From: a virus
Taxonomy: Duplodnaviria > Caudoviricetes
Direction: 5' to 3' (one strand)
Length of the DNA stretch: 64,000 bases
Virus record (IMG/VR): IMGVR_UViG_3300005973_000002
Shown here: positions 54,183 through 64,000 of the stretch, in pieces
Numbering within the stretch: the stretch's first letter is position 1
How the letters are laid out: each line of letters begins with the position of its first letter
Translations under genes and position numbers: made by a program
The notes under the pieces: model-generated
Seen by the model: the letters and a program-made list of their open reading frames with translations, nothing else
The model's database searches: none
Told to the model about the DNA's origin: nothing

Positions 54183-55190
54183 ATGAAAATTTCGGGATAC
54201 TGCACAACTAGGAATTGTGTTCAGATGGATTACCCATTTGTAGAAGCAATTGAAAGCTTGCTGGACTTCTGTGATGAAGTTGTTGTAGCAGACAGTTCAG
54301 ACGGTACAGATAACACGCTTAATAAGCTCGAAGAGCTTATGGATAAACATTCTAAACTACGTGTAGTTCATGTGGATGTTCCATGGGATGCTCCAAACCA
54401 TGGTATTTACGACGGCCAAATGAAAGCTGTTGCTCGTTCTAAATGCACAGGAGATTATCTTTGGCAATTAGATGTTGATGAGATCGTTGAGCCTGGCTCA
54501 AGAATGAAAATTGAAAGCTTAATCAACCAAGCAGCTCCGTTTATGGATCAAAGCCCAATAATTGCATTGCCAGTTGTAGAATATTGGGGTTCAAAGGACA
54601 AAGTAAGAATCGATGTAAACCCATGGAAATGGCGACTCAGCAAGAATCTTCCTTATATTACCCATGGAATCCCTAAGCAATTGAGAAAAGTTGAGAATGG
54701 GCTTTTGTATGCCAAGAAAGGCACAGATGGTTGCGATTACATCCATGCTGAAACGGGAGAGATAATTGCATTTTCTAATTTTGTGACACCGGAAGTCGAG
54801 CAGCTACGTCGTAAAGCTATCACTGATGAAAATGCTGCAAGGGACTACCAAAACTGGTTTAATATGATTAACACTCACCTTCCAGTGACACATCACTTCT
54901 CATGGTTTTCAATTGAATCAAAGATTCTAAAGTTCAAGCACTTTTGGAATGATTCTTGGTTGTCACTCTATAACGAAAAGAAACCTGAGGGTTGGAATCC
55001 ATTTTTCGCTGACAAATCACTTGAAGAAGCTTCAGTTAAAGAAATAAAAGCTCTTGGAAAGAAATTGGCTACTGAAACTGGTGGGCATATTTTTCACACG
55101 CCTTGGAATGGCACTAAAACAAATCATGTCACTCTGGAGTGTGACATTCCACCAGTTATCAAAGATTGGTGTAAGAGACACAGCCAATAA
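54183..55190 (+). CDS. Glycosyltransferase family 2-like
   Basis: CDEVVVADS, ARSKCTGDYLWQLDVDE. Confidence 0.8.
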   Translation: MKISGYCTTRNCVQMDYPFVEAIESLLDFCDEVVVADSSDGTDNTLNKLEELMDKHSKLRVVHVDVPWDAPNHGIYDGQMKAVARSKCTGDYLWQLDVDEIVEPGSRMKIESLINQAAPFMDQSPIIALPVVEYWGSKDKVRIDVNPWKWRLSKNLPYITHGIPKQLRKVENGLLYAKKGTDGCDYIHAETGEIIAFSNFVTPEVEQLRRKAITDENAARDYQNWFNMINTHLPVTHHFSWFSIESKILKFKHFWNDSWLSLYNEKKPEGWNPFFADKSLEEASVKEIKALGKKLATETGGHIFHTPWNGTKTNHVTLECDIPPVIKDWCKRHSQ

Positions 55191-55199
55191 GGATAGCAA

Positions 55200-55949
55200 A
55201 TGACCGATCCAAAAATCTCAGTAATTGTAGCAAATTACAATCATGAAAAATACATCGAACAAGCAGTTAAATCGCTTTTAAATCAGACTTATCAAAATTT
55301 TGAGGTTGTCATCGTTGATGATTGCTCAACTGACAATAGCAAGGAAGTTATCACTGAACTAATAAAACTAGACAAACGAATCATTCAGCCGCTTTTCCTT
55401 GACAAAAATACTGGTAAATGGAACGCACTAAATCAAGCTATTGCACAGAGAGCATCGGGGCAATTGATAACCACACAGGACGCAGACGACGCTTCTACAC
55501 CGCAAAGATTAGAATGGACGCTAAGAGTCATGCAGAAAATGAACAGCTATCATACGCTTTGTGGATTTTATAACTGTGGCTCTCAAGAAGAAATGGATAA
55601 AGCTGAGAGTCGCCTCATTAAAAGCCCTGGACCTCATGAAGATATGGTCATGAACCATCAAGAGGTTCTGAAAAGCGTCTTTACCGGATATTACACCCAA
55701 GGCATTAATCACTACTTTACTGGGCAGTATGAAGTTCATGGTGCTAGCGCATTGTTTTATAAACAACTTTGGACACATGGAATGAAATTCATGCCGGGAA
55801 ACATGGGACTTCGTTGTCAAAAAGCAGAAGACAGCGATTTCAACACCAAATTGACTTTATTGCTCCAGAGAACAAGTATTTTGAAGGTCCCACTTTATTG
55901 TTATCGTCGTGGAACGACGACAAACCCTGCATATTTAGAGGGATTGTGA
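55200..55949 (+). CDS. Glycosyltransferase family 2
   Basis: ISVIVANYN, VVIVDDCSTD, QDADD, EDSDF. Confidence 0.9.
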   Translation: MTDPKISVIVANYNHEKYIEQAVKSLLNQTYQNFEVVIVDDCSTDNSKEVITELIKLDKRIIQPLFLDKNTGKWNALNQAIAQRASGQLITTQDADDASTPQRLEWTLRVMQKMNSYHTLCGFYNCGSQEEMDKAESRLIKSPGPHEDMVMNHQEVLKSVFTGYYTQGINHYFTGQYEVHGASALFYKQLWTHGMKFMPGNMGLRCQKAEDSDFNTKLTLLLQRTSILKVPLYCYRRGTTTNPAYLEGL

Positions 55950-56066
55950 CATTTTGAAAGAGTCGGATTGAATACTTGTTGCTTCTACACTATAGTTTAA
56001 AATAAACAATAAGAAAAACTGGAGACCTTAAAACATAGTTATCCTTGCAATAAAGAAGGATGACAA

Positions 56067-56846
56067 ATGAAAAAAGAGTTTGCAGGAAATGCGAATAAGG
56101 GTGGTGTTTACCAAATTCGCAACCTAACCAATGATAAAATTTATATTGGTTCTGCTAAGTCGTTTAAAAAACGAGCAAATCAGCATGAAAGTCGTCTAAA
56201 CGCAGGCAAGCATCACAATAAGCATTTGTTAGCAAGTTGGAACAAACATGGAGAAGATGTTTTTCTGTTTGAGATTTTGGAAGTTGTAAACGGTTCCACA
56301 AGAGAGAGAAGAAAGCGAGAACAGTATTTTATTGATCAATACCTCAACAACTGGGAAATATGTTATAATTTGAATAGACATGTAAATCAAAAGGTTGGTC
56401 CCTGGTCCAAAAATCCTGAACTTACAAGATTAAAAATGAGGATGGCCAAACTTGGCAAAGTTAGAGGCCCTCACTCTAAAGAAACAAGAGAAAAAATAGG
56501 AAAAGCAAATTCAAAAAAGAAACGAACCGAAAAGGAAAAAAATCATTTACGTATTGTGATGTCCGGTAGAAAACAACCTGAAAAGGTAAAACAGAAAATT
56601 AGCAAAACAATGAAAGAAAAGGGTTTAAGGCCGCCTTCTTGGAAAAATAAAAAACATTCTATAGAAACGAAACTTAAATTGTCAAAAAAGGTCCATCAAA
56701 TGGATATTAATGATAATCTAATTGCAGAGTTTGTTTCTATTTCAAAAGCTTCACAAAGCACAAAAATTGCTATTTCAAGTATTGTGAAATGCTGTAAAAA
56801 GCAAAGAAAAACAGCTGGTGGGTTTGTTTGGAAATATGCAAATTGA
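56067..56846 (+). CDS. GIY-YIG homing endonuclease
   Basis: GVYQI..IYIGSA, REQYFI, NUMOD-like repeats. Confidence 0.92.
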   Translation: MKKEFAGNANKGGVYQIRNLTNDKIYIGSAKSFKKRANQHESRLNAGKHHNKHLLASWNKHGEDVFLFEILEVVNGSTRERRKREQYFIDQYLNNWEICYNLNRHVNQKVGPWSKNPELTRLKMRMAKLGKVRGPHSKETREKIGKANSKKKRTEKEKNHLRIVMSGRKQPEKVKQKISKTMKEKGLRPPSWKNKKHSIETKLKLSKKVHQMDINDNLIAEFVSISKASQSTKIAISSIVKCCKKQRKTAGGFVWKYAN

Positions 56847-56891
56847 CTTTATTGCTGTACTGAATACGTTTGAATAAACGTATTTACAAAT

Positions 56892-57140
56892 ATGCTTATA
56901 TCACTTTCTAATTCACTCGATCATTATCAAAAACAGCTTGCAGAGCTAAAAGCGCTTTTTGTTGAAGTGTTGTGGCAGTTCCGCAGTGGGCAAATGGACC
57001 TATCAAAGTCAACCATAAACAAGATCGTTCACGAAATTGCTGTTCATGAGACAAGGATCAGAACGATAAGAATTGCTGAAAGGCTCGGTTTTACTAAACA
57101 ATTTGTACAAACGAAATACAAAGAACGTCAGACTGCGTAA
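56892..57140 (+). CDS. Hypothetical protein
   Basis: 82-aa ORF. Confidence 0.45.
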   Translation: MLISLSNSLDHYQKQLAELKALFVEVLWQFRSGQMDLSKSTINKIVHEIAVHETRIRTIRIAERLGFTKQFVQTKYKERQTA

Positions 57141-57678
57141 TGCTTCTATCATGTTCGACAACGAAGAAGGTTCCAAAGGAAAGACTAGAAAAAACCGTGT
57201 TAAAAATCTGAAAAAATTTGGGTTAGAAGTAGGAAAGCTTTACCAATTCAATGGCAGATTTCGCAAAGTCTATAGAACCAAACAGCCAAACGCCACCTAC
57301 CAAGAGCGCATGGAGAAGGATTATAAAGTTTATAAAGGCGACCATCTGATATTCATCTCAGCAGATCTTTGGGTTACTTCAACCGTTAAACGGGTTCGTT
57401 CACTCTCAGAAGATTTAAAAGAAGTGAAAGCAAGGCTAGAAGCTAAAGGCATGAAGGTTATTCGTACCGAGGGCTATCGAATGTCAGGTTCCAATTGGAG
57501 AAGAAGGTGGATAAAGGATAATGAAAATCCAAGATATTATTTCGTCTTTTACAAAGTACCTGAAGAAAGATTTAGTGGACGACTTTATATTGGACATAGC
57601 GAGAAGTTCGGATGGATCAACATTTCACAGATGACAAAAGAAGAAATAATGAGTCAATTTCAAAAGATTGATATTTAA
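57073..57678 (+). CDS. Hypothetical basic protein
   Basis: About 200-aa ORF; true start uncertain. Confidence 0.55.
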   Translation: MLKGSVLLNNLYKRNTKNVRLRNASIMFDNEEGSKGKTRKNRVKNLKKFGLEVGKLYQFNGRFRKVYRTKQPNATYQERMEKDYKVYKGDHLIFISADLWVTSTVKRVRSLSEDLKEVKARLEAKGMKVIRTEGYRMSGSNWRRRWIKDNENPRYYFVFYKVPEERFSGRLYIGHSEKFGWINISQMTKEEIMSQFQKIDI

Positions 57679-58603
57679 ATGCTTGGGAAAAAATATGATA
57701 GACGTAACTTGGAGAAAATTTAGGTCATGGTCCGGTGCAAAGATAGCCGGAGTAAAAGATTTTGAGCTTAACTCAGAACAGAAAAAACGTCATATGTGGC
57801 GAGCTGTTTGGCTTACGGCTCAAGTCGAAGGTGGTGGCAAATTTGGTGCTGTTCAATCATATGATGGTGCAGGTATTTCTGCTGGACTTGAACACAAGAT
57901 TGCAGTTCTGCCCAAAACAATGAAACAAGGTTCGCTTTGGGGTCTGCTTCGAAAAATGGAAGTAAATGCACCTTGCACTGCTCTTGATCGCCTTTGGGAT
58001 GCGCTTAAACAAGAAAACATGTACGTTGCGCAAGATGGCTACCTGAGAGAATGGAAATCAGGGAAATTGATTTCTGCTAAAGCTATTAGAGATTTGGTAG
58101 CACCGCCTAATGGACGAACACCACGCAGTGGCCCAGATTGGGAAAGGTGCAAGCAGTGGGCAATTCTTTTTCATGATCTGTTTTCTGATGAAGCAACTTA
58201 TGAGACTCAGGTCAATTCAACTATCGAATATCTTGTTTCTAACAATAAAAGAGATGAAGAAGAGGCTTATGAGGTATCAGTAGGGGTTAGTCATCCAACT
58301 GCTGCAATTCATGGTAAAAATATCTCAGATGAGCATGATCTCGCTTGGTGTGTTTATCACAGCTTTACACCAAATGCTCCAAGCCTAGCCAGAAGGCGAC
58401 TCGCTGCTTCAAAACCCGATGGAACCTCTGCATGGCCCAAACGTTTAATTAAAACGCTTGGAATGACCAATTATGGTAGATGGCATGACACGTTTGATGG
58501 CGGCAATCGTTACGATCGTACCCGTGTCTATGCTATACGTAGTGGTATGTGGCCTGAAAATTTATTCAATGGCCCAAATGCGATAATGCCACAAAATCTA
58601 TAG
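57668..58603 (+). CDS. Putative lysozyme-fold peptidoglycan hydrolase
   Basis: QVEGGG.FGAVQSYDGAGISAG resembles endolysin E-G-x-x-AV-x-YD motifs. Confidence 0.4.
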   Translation: MIFKCLGKNMIDVTWRKFRSWSGAKIAGVKDFELNSEQKKRHMWRAVWLTAQVEGGGKFGAVQSYDGAGISAGLEHKIAVLPKTMKQGSLWGLLRKMEVNAPCTALDRLWDALKQENMYVAQDGYLREWKSGKLISAKAIRDLVAPPNGRTPRSGPDWERCKQWAILFHDLFSDEATYETQVNSTIEYLVSNNKRDEEEAYEVSVGVSHPTAAIHGKNISDEHDLAWCVYHSFTPNAPSLARRRLAASKPDGTSAWPKRLIKTLGMTNYGRWHDTFDGGNRYDRTRVYAIRSGMWPENLFNGPNAIMPQNL

Positions 58604-58731
58604 ACATCAAGCTAATTGCTTAGCTATAGATAATTTCTTAAAATTGCTGTTTATCTTCTTTTGCGGACGAACTATACTAAAATACAGGTTGATACTTATG
58701 GTTCTGTTTGAACCTAGCGCAAAGGATATTA

Positions 58732-60480
58732 ATGAGCAATTACCCCAAGAAATTCGTTGGGCTTCATAGCCATAGCACATTCTCGATTGGGGATGCTATC
58801 GGCATGCCTCAAGATCATATTGACTTTGCCAGAGAAAACGGCATGGATGCGATAGCTCTTACTGATCATGGAAACATGAACGGATATTCGCATCAATATT
58901 TTCATGGGCAGAAACTTAAGAAAGAAGGCATAAACTTCAAGGCCATCCCTGGAATTGAAGCATATTTTGTTGATTCACTTTCAAAGTGGCGTGAACTTTA
59001 CGAGTCGGATAAAGAAAAGAAAAGACTCAAGAAGCTGGCTGAAAAGGGGGATCAAGATGCCTTGGAGGCGCTAAAGCGCAAAGGTGAACTTCTAGGAGAT
59101 CCATTTGCCGAAACAAAAGAACAGATGGATGAAGACATGGCTGGAGGCACAGTCGTTGAAAACGAAGAAGAATCAAAATCCAACAAGTTCAAAGACCCGA
59201 TTAAACAGCGCAATCACCTTGTTCTTCTCCCAAAAAACAACGAAGGGTTACAAGCACTATTCCAGCTCGTCACCGAGTCTTACATAAACGGCTTTTATCG
59301 TTATCCTCGAATCGATCTTGACCTACTTAAGAAGTATTCAAAAGGAAACATCATTGCACTTACAGCCTGTATTGCTGGTGTTCCAGCTCGCAAGGTGTTT
59401 GATCACCAGACAGAACCCGACTGGGAAAAATGGGGACCAACGCAAGAAAACTTCGAGCTGATTCAAAAAGATTTGAAAGAAATGGCTGACCAGTTCAAAT
59501 GGGCTCTCGGTGATGAGAATTTCTATTTGGAAATTCAGTTTAACGCACTTGGTGCGCAGCATCTGGTAAATCAACATCTTATTGAATGCAGCAAGAGAAC
59601 CAACACACTATTAGTTTGCACGGTTGATGCTCACTATTCCCACCCTGACCACTGGAAGGAAAGAGAAATTTACAAGATGATGGCTTGGTCTTCAAAGGGC
59701 CAGGCGATGGACAAATCCAAACTGCCCCAGAAAATCGATGAGCTTAAGTGTGAACTTTACCCCAAGAATGCTGAACAAGTTTGGGATTCATACAAGCGAT
59801 ACACTGATGGAAAAGGGTGGGATTTTTATGATGATGATGTAGTCCGAGAAGCAATTGAACGTTCGCACATTATTGCTCACGAGCAAATTGACACCATAGA
59901 TCCTGACACTTCTGTGAAACTACCTTCGATTTCATCAATGGTTGACGAATGCAGCATGAAAGAAATCGTAAGCAAGTACGGCAAAGAACTTGGCGATGAT
60001 GAAATTGCGTTTCAAGAATTGAAACGTCAGGCAATAGCTGGTATCAAGTCTCGTGGACTCGCAAATAACCAAGAATATGTTGATAGGCTCAAACACGAGT
60101 TACGTGTCGTGAAGTACCTTGGATTCTCCAAGTATTTCTTGACTTACTCCAAGATTATGGAAATAGTTTCTGAACACATGCTTATTGGTAACGCACGTGG
60201 ATGTTTCCTTCCAGGCTCTCGTGTTATGATGGCAGATGAAATGTTTGCCGAAATTGAAAATATTCTTGTCGGAGACAAAGTTATAGATGCCTTTGGTAAG
60301 GAGCAGACAGTTGAAAACACATTTGAATACGATGTGGATGAAGAGTGTATTGAACTGGAATTTGATGATGGCAGAGTGATTAAATGCACGAAGGACCATG
60401 AAATTCTAACGACAAATAGAGGTTGGGTAGAGGCTCAACATCTAACAGAAGAAGATAATGTGGCAGAAGTTAAACTTTAA
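58732..60480 (+). CDS. dnaE: DNA polymerase III alpha, N-part (PHP domain) plus split-intein N fragment
   Basis: LHSHSTFS, LTDHG, HLVLL, YRYPRID, DAHY; GNARG then CFLPGS. Confidence 0.93.
   Translation: MSNYPKKFVGLHSHSTFSIGDAIGMPQDHIDFARENGMDAIALTDHGNMNGYSHQYFHGQKLKKEGINFKAIPGIEAYFVDSLSKWRELYESDKEKKRLKKLAEKGDQDALEALKRKGELLGDPFAETKEQMDEDMAGGTVVENEEESKSNKFKDPIKQRNHLVLLPKNNEGLQALFQLVTESYINGFYRYPRIDLDLLKKYSKGNIIALTACIAGVPARKVFDHQTEPDWEKWGPTQENFELIQKDLKEMADQFKWALGDENFYLEIQFNALGAQHLVNQHLIECSKRTNTLLVCTVDAHYSHPDHWKEREIYKMMAWSSKGQAMDKSKLPQKIDELKCELYPKNAEQVWDSYKRYTDGKGWDFYDDDVVREAIERSHIIAHEQIDTIDPDTSVKLPSISSMVDECSMKEIVSKYGKELGDDEIAFQELKRQAIAGIKSRGLANNQEYVDRLKHELRVVKYLGFSKYFLTYSKIMEIVSEHMLIGNARGCFLPGSRVMMADEMFAEIENILVGDKVIDAFGKEQTVENTFEYDVDEECIELEFDDGRVIKCTKDHEILTTNRGWVEAQHLTEEDNVAEVKL
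60202..60477 (+). mobile_element. Split intein N fragment (92 aa)
   Basis: CFLPGSRV...CTKDHEILT.RGWVEA..L. Confidence 0.9.
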
Positions 60481-60592
60481 ACACCAGAAAAAAACACTTG
60501 AAGCGTTAATAAACGCTGTTTCTATTGTTCGGTAAAATTAATAGGTAAAACACCCCCAGGAGTGTTTCCAATAAACAAGCATAATTAAAAAT

Positions 60593-61512
60593 ATGGGTGG
60601 AAAAGTAACTTGTCCTAAGTTAACAAACGAACAAATTAAAGTTGTCAAGCAATTAAAGATCCATGTCTCACAGAAGAATTACTCAAACCGTATCTTTTAA
60701 AATGGGATTTGTCTTGGCATTCATTTAAACGTAGATTACGACGTTCTGGCTTAAGCCAAACATTTGCTTATTCCTGGAATGAGTTTCAAACTAACCCAAA
60801 ACTTCATAGCAAATACAATAAAAACAATCTCTATATAAGGTGCCCTTGTGGCAAAGATTATGTTTGTATAGTTTTTGGTTTTGTTAATAGAAAATACCAA
60901 GTTCCAGTTTGTGATGAATGTTATAAAACACAATATTCTTATGATGAAGAGTGGCGACAGAACAACAGTAAGGCACAGCTAATAGCCCAAAATAACCCAA
61001 AAACAATTGCCAAACAAAGAGCTTCGCAGAAGAAACGACATGCTCAACCTGGTATGAAAGAAAAATATAGAAAAATTGGGCTAAAACTGTGGGAAGATAA
61101 GAACTATCGTAAAAAAGTAATCAAAAATTCTTCCATAACCATGTCTGGTATTTACAAGAAAATTGAATATCAGAGTTCATATGAACTTGCTTTCATAATG
61201 TGGAACCTTGAACAAGGCAACGACATTAAACGGTTTGATTTGGAAGGTATTCCTTATTTGTGGGAAGGCAAAGAGCATAGATACTATTCTGATTTCATTG
61301 TTAATGAAAACAAAATAGTAGAGGATAAAGGTAAAGGAAGCATCTATAACAAACATAAAGAATTGTGCGCTACCAAAAACAAAGCATTGAAAGTTTGGTG
61401 CAGAAGCAATAGCTTTTATGATAGACTTGTATTTGATACAGACCTTTCAAAAGACCTAATCAAGAAGGCGAGAAAATGGCACAAGGAGAACTCCATTGGC
61501 AAAATTAGTTAG
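60593..61512 (+). CDS. Free-standing PD-(D/E)XK (TnsA-like) endonuclease between the dnaE halves, with a -1 indel near 60655
   Basis: YQSSYE..F, RYYSDFIV..IVEDKG; ATG 60593 joins the 60709 frame if one A is added at 60655-60657. Confidence 0.75.
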
Positions 61513-63820
61513 AAAAACACCCTTTCAATACAAGGGCAAAGTTCACGATCTTACCGTAAGTGAAAGCCACTCTTACAATATTGAAGGTTTAGGTGTTCAT
61601 AATTCAGCCGGCGGGTCTTTGCTTTCATACGTGTTAAACGTGACTCAACTTGATCCGATCAAGCATGGTCTTTTGTTCGAGCGTTTTCTTACCAGATTTA
61701 AGAAGGGCTTCCCAGACATCGACTCTGATTTTGCTGATCGAGAAAAGGCTGTTAAGCTAATCACAGAGCACTTTGGAGAAGAAAACGTCATTCCAATTTC
61801 AAACTTCAACCAGCTTCAATTGCGTTCCCTTATTAAGGATTTGTGTCGCTTGAACGGTGTTCCATTTGATGAGGTGAACAAATATACGAAGAAAATTGAG
61901 GCTGAAGCACTTTCAGAAGCTAAAAAGAAGCCAGGATTTGACGCACAGCAGTGGACCTTGACTTTCGATGAAGCTGATGATAAATCCGAAACCTTCCGCA
62001 AGCTTATGAAGGAATACCCGGATTTAGAGACACACATCAAAGTGCTCTTCAAGCAGATGCGAAATGTAAGTCGACATGCTGGCGGTGTCATTATCACTGA
62101 AAGTCCTGAACAACACATGCCGATTATCAAAAGTGGCGGTGTTTTACAAACGCCTTGGCAGGAAGGTCTTAACTTCCGTCATCTTGAGGGATTCGGGCTG
62201 TTAAAGTTCGACATCCTTGGCCTTGGAACACTCCGCATGTTTGAGAACTGCATTAAGCGAATCTTGAAGAAGCAGGGTATTAAGTACCCAACTTTCCGTC
62301 AAGTTAATAAGTGGTTCTATGAAAATCTCCATCCAGACAATAACTCGCTTGATGATATTGAAGTCTACAAGAATGTGTATTGGGAAGGCAATTGGGCTGG
62401 TGTTTTTCAGTTTGTACAGCCGCCTGTACAAAAGTTCGTAAAGAAAATGAAACCAGAAAGCATTCTGGACATCGCAACCGCAACATCTATCTTCCGCCCA
62501 GGTCCGCTTGGTATTGGCGCTGATAAGATGTATTTGAAAAACAGAAAAAACCCTGAAAGCATCCTTTATAAGCATCCACTACTCGAAGAAGTTCTTGCAC
62601 CAACTTGCGGTCTTCTCGTATTCCAGGAGCAGTTGCAACTCATTTACCACAAGCTTGCGGGTGTTCCATTAGAAGAAACGGATGGCATTCGTAAAGCTCT
62701 CTTGAAGAAGGACAAGTCTAACAAGAAAGAGCAAGAAAGATACTTGCGTGAATTACGAGAAGAATTTGCTAATAAAGCACTTGAAACTAATAATATTCCT
62801 AAGTCTACCAGCTATGACATTTTCGAGGAAATGGCCACATTCGTAGCGTATTCATTCAATAAATCTCACGCTACAGCATACGCAATTACATCATATCAGT
62901 GTGCATGGTTGCTTACACGCTACCCTGAGGAGTGGGTTGCTTCTTATATTGATTATTGTGCCACAGAAAAAGGTACGGTTACAGGTAAAGAGTCTCCTCT
63001 ATCGGTAGCACTTGGAGAGGCTAAGGGGTTGGGCTTTAAGATCGGTAAACCAGATATCAATAAGTCCGAGATTGATTACCAGGTAAAAGACAAGACTCTG
63101 GTGCCCAGCTTCCAAGCATTGAAACATGTAGGTTTGCCAGCCCTTAGAGAAATTGATCAATATCGCCCATACGAAAAGATTGAAGACCTCTTGTGGAATC
63201 CTGATGAAAGCTGGCGTCATAGCAAGTTCAACAAGAGAGCAATGTCTACGCTTGTAAAGCTAGAGGCTTTCAATTCTATGGGACTGGTTGGACCAGATAA
63301 AGAATTCAAAAACTATCGACAACTTTACTATGTTTTGGTTGATCAGGTTGATGAAATTAAGCGAGCCTGCAACAGAAAGAAAGCGCCAAGACCACCAGAA
63401 GTTCTAGCTAAACTTATAAGGGAAGCTCAAGAGCTTGAAGATTGGTCAGTTGATGAAAAGATCAAACACAGTCAAAATCTATCAGGAACTGTGGACATCA
63501 GTTTAATTCTAACAGAGCAAATCAGAAGTTATCTTGAGTCACAGGGAATTGGTTCGGTTGATGAGTGGAAGTTTGATAATCAAGTTCTATGGTGTGTGGT
63601 AAAGCGAAGCATGGTAGCCAAGACTAGAAACGGAAAACCATACCTTCGTATGAAAGTTTATGGTGAATCTGGCCAAGAACAGCATTGTTTCGTTTGGGGA
63701 TACAAGCCTGGGCAGCACGGCATAGTCCCTAACAACACTTTGATAATTGGCAAGTTCAAAAAAAGTGATTTTGGTCTTTCAAGTTTCTATGCTAGTATTG
63801 ATGTTCTTGAACGCAAATAG
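61496..63820 (+). CDS. dnaE: Split-intein C fragment (36 aa) plus DNA polymerase III alpha C-part
   Basis: VHDLTV.ESHSYNIEGLGVHN|SAGGSLL; FPDIDSD, RHAGG, KFDILGL, AYSFNKSHA; TTG start with AAGGAG upstream. Confidence 0.93.
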   Translation: MAKLVRKTPFQYKGKVHDLTVSESHSYNIEGLGVHNSAGGSLLSYVLNVTQLDPIKHGLLFERFLTRFKKGFPDIDSDFADREKAVKLITEHFGEENVIPISNFNQLQLRSLIKDLCRLNGVPFDEVNKYTKKIEAEALSEAKKKPGFDAQQWTLTFDEADDKSETFRKLMKEYPDLETHIKVLFKQMRNVSRHAGGVIITESPEQHMPIIKSGGVLQTPWQEGLNFRHLEGFGLLKFDILGLGTLRMFENCIKRILKKQGIKYPTFRQVNKWFYENLHPDNNSLDDIEVYKNVYWEGNWAGVFQFVQPPVQKFVKKMKPESILDIATATSIFRPGPLGIGADKMYLKNRKNPESILYKHPLLEEVLAPTCGLLVFQEQLQLIYHKLAGVPLEETDGIRKALLKKDKSNKKEQERYLRELREEFANKALETNNIPKSTSYDIFEEMATFVAYSFNKSHATAYAITSYQCAWLLTRYPEEWVASYIDYCATEKGTVTGKESPLSVALGEAKGLGFKIGKPDINKSEIDYQVKDKTLVPSFQALKHVGLPALREIDQYRPYEKIEDLLWNPDESWRHSKFNKRAMSTLVKLEAFNSMGLVGPDKEFKNYRQLYYVLVDQVDEIKRACNRKKAPRPPEVLAKLIREAQELEDWSVDEKIKHSQNLSGTVDISLILTEQIRSYLESQGIGSVDEWKFDNQVLWCVVKRSMVAKTRNGKPYLRMKVYGESGQEQHCFVWGYKPGQHGIVPNNTLIIGKFKKSDFGLSSFYASIDVLERK

Positions 63821-64000
63821 GATTAATATGTCATGAACTTTGTAGCAAACTTTCCAAAAGAAATAGTTTTTAGATTGGTATTGCCAAATGAGGATGAATA
63901 TTTTATAACCAACAACAATTGGTTTGATTTACCTGAAGCACATCCTTGTCAAAAGGATGTGCAAAAGTTTCAATTTGAAACGATACCCGCATATCCTTTT

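Overview
A 64-kb piece of an AT-rich jumbo (huge) tailed-phage genome. Evidence: T4-gp17-like terminase, lysis-type genes, homing endonucleases, inteins and a DnaE polymerase, with no rRNA or CRISPR array. Bases 1-41,780 are almost all on the minus strand. They hold a translation-takeover region: about 51 plausibly functional tRNA genes covering all 20 amino acids (manual count, including one plus-strand tRNA-Val), about 14 atypical tRNA-like elements, AsnRS, asparagine synthetase B, an RF1-like factor and a CCA-adding enzyme. They also hold NAD kinase, a TerD-domain protein, RNase H, an intein-containing papain-like peptidase and a transglycosylase/esterase cluster. Bases 41,809-64,000 are on the plus strand: terminase and a truncated paralog, a PNK-like kinase, glycosyltransferases, IMPDH/GMP reductase, a PD-(D/E)XK nuclease and a dnaE fractured by a split intein. 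The most unusual signal is the tRNA system. One tRNA-Ile has two complete anticodon arms (UAU and GAU). Another tRNA-Ile is split by a bare HNH ORF, and its 5' half can pair over the HNH start codon. Several tRNAs have insertions in the anticodon arm, A34 anticodons or swapped variable-arm class. About half of the tRNA genes end in CTA(A) instead of CCA. The CCA-adding enzyme gene is itself cut in two by a bare GIY-YIG ORF. All calls are by eye with no database searches. Several single-base homopolymer indels suggest some assembly error, so single-base claims need read-level checks.
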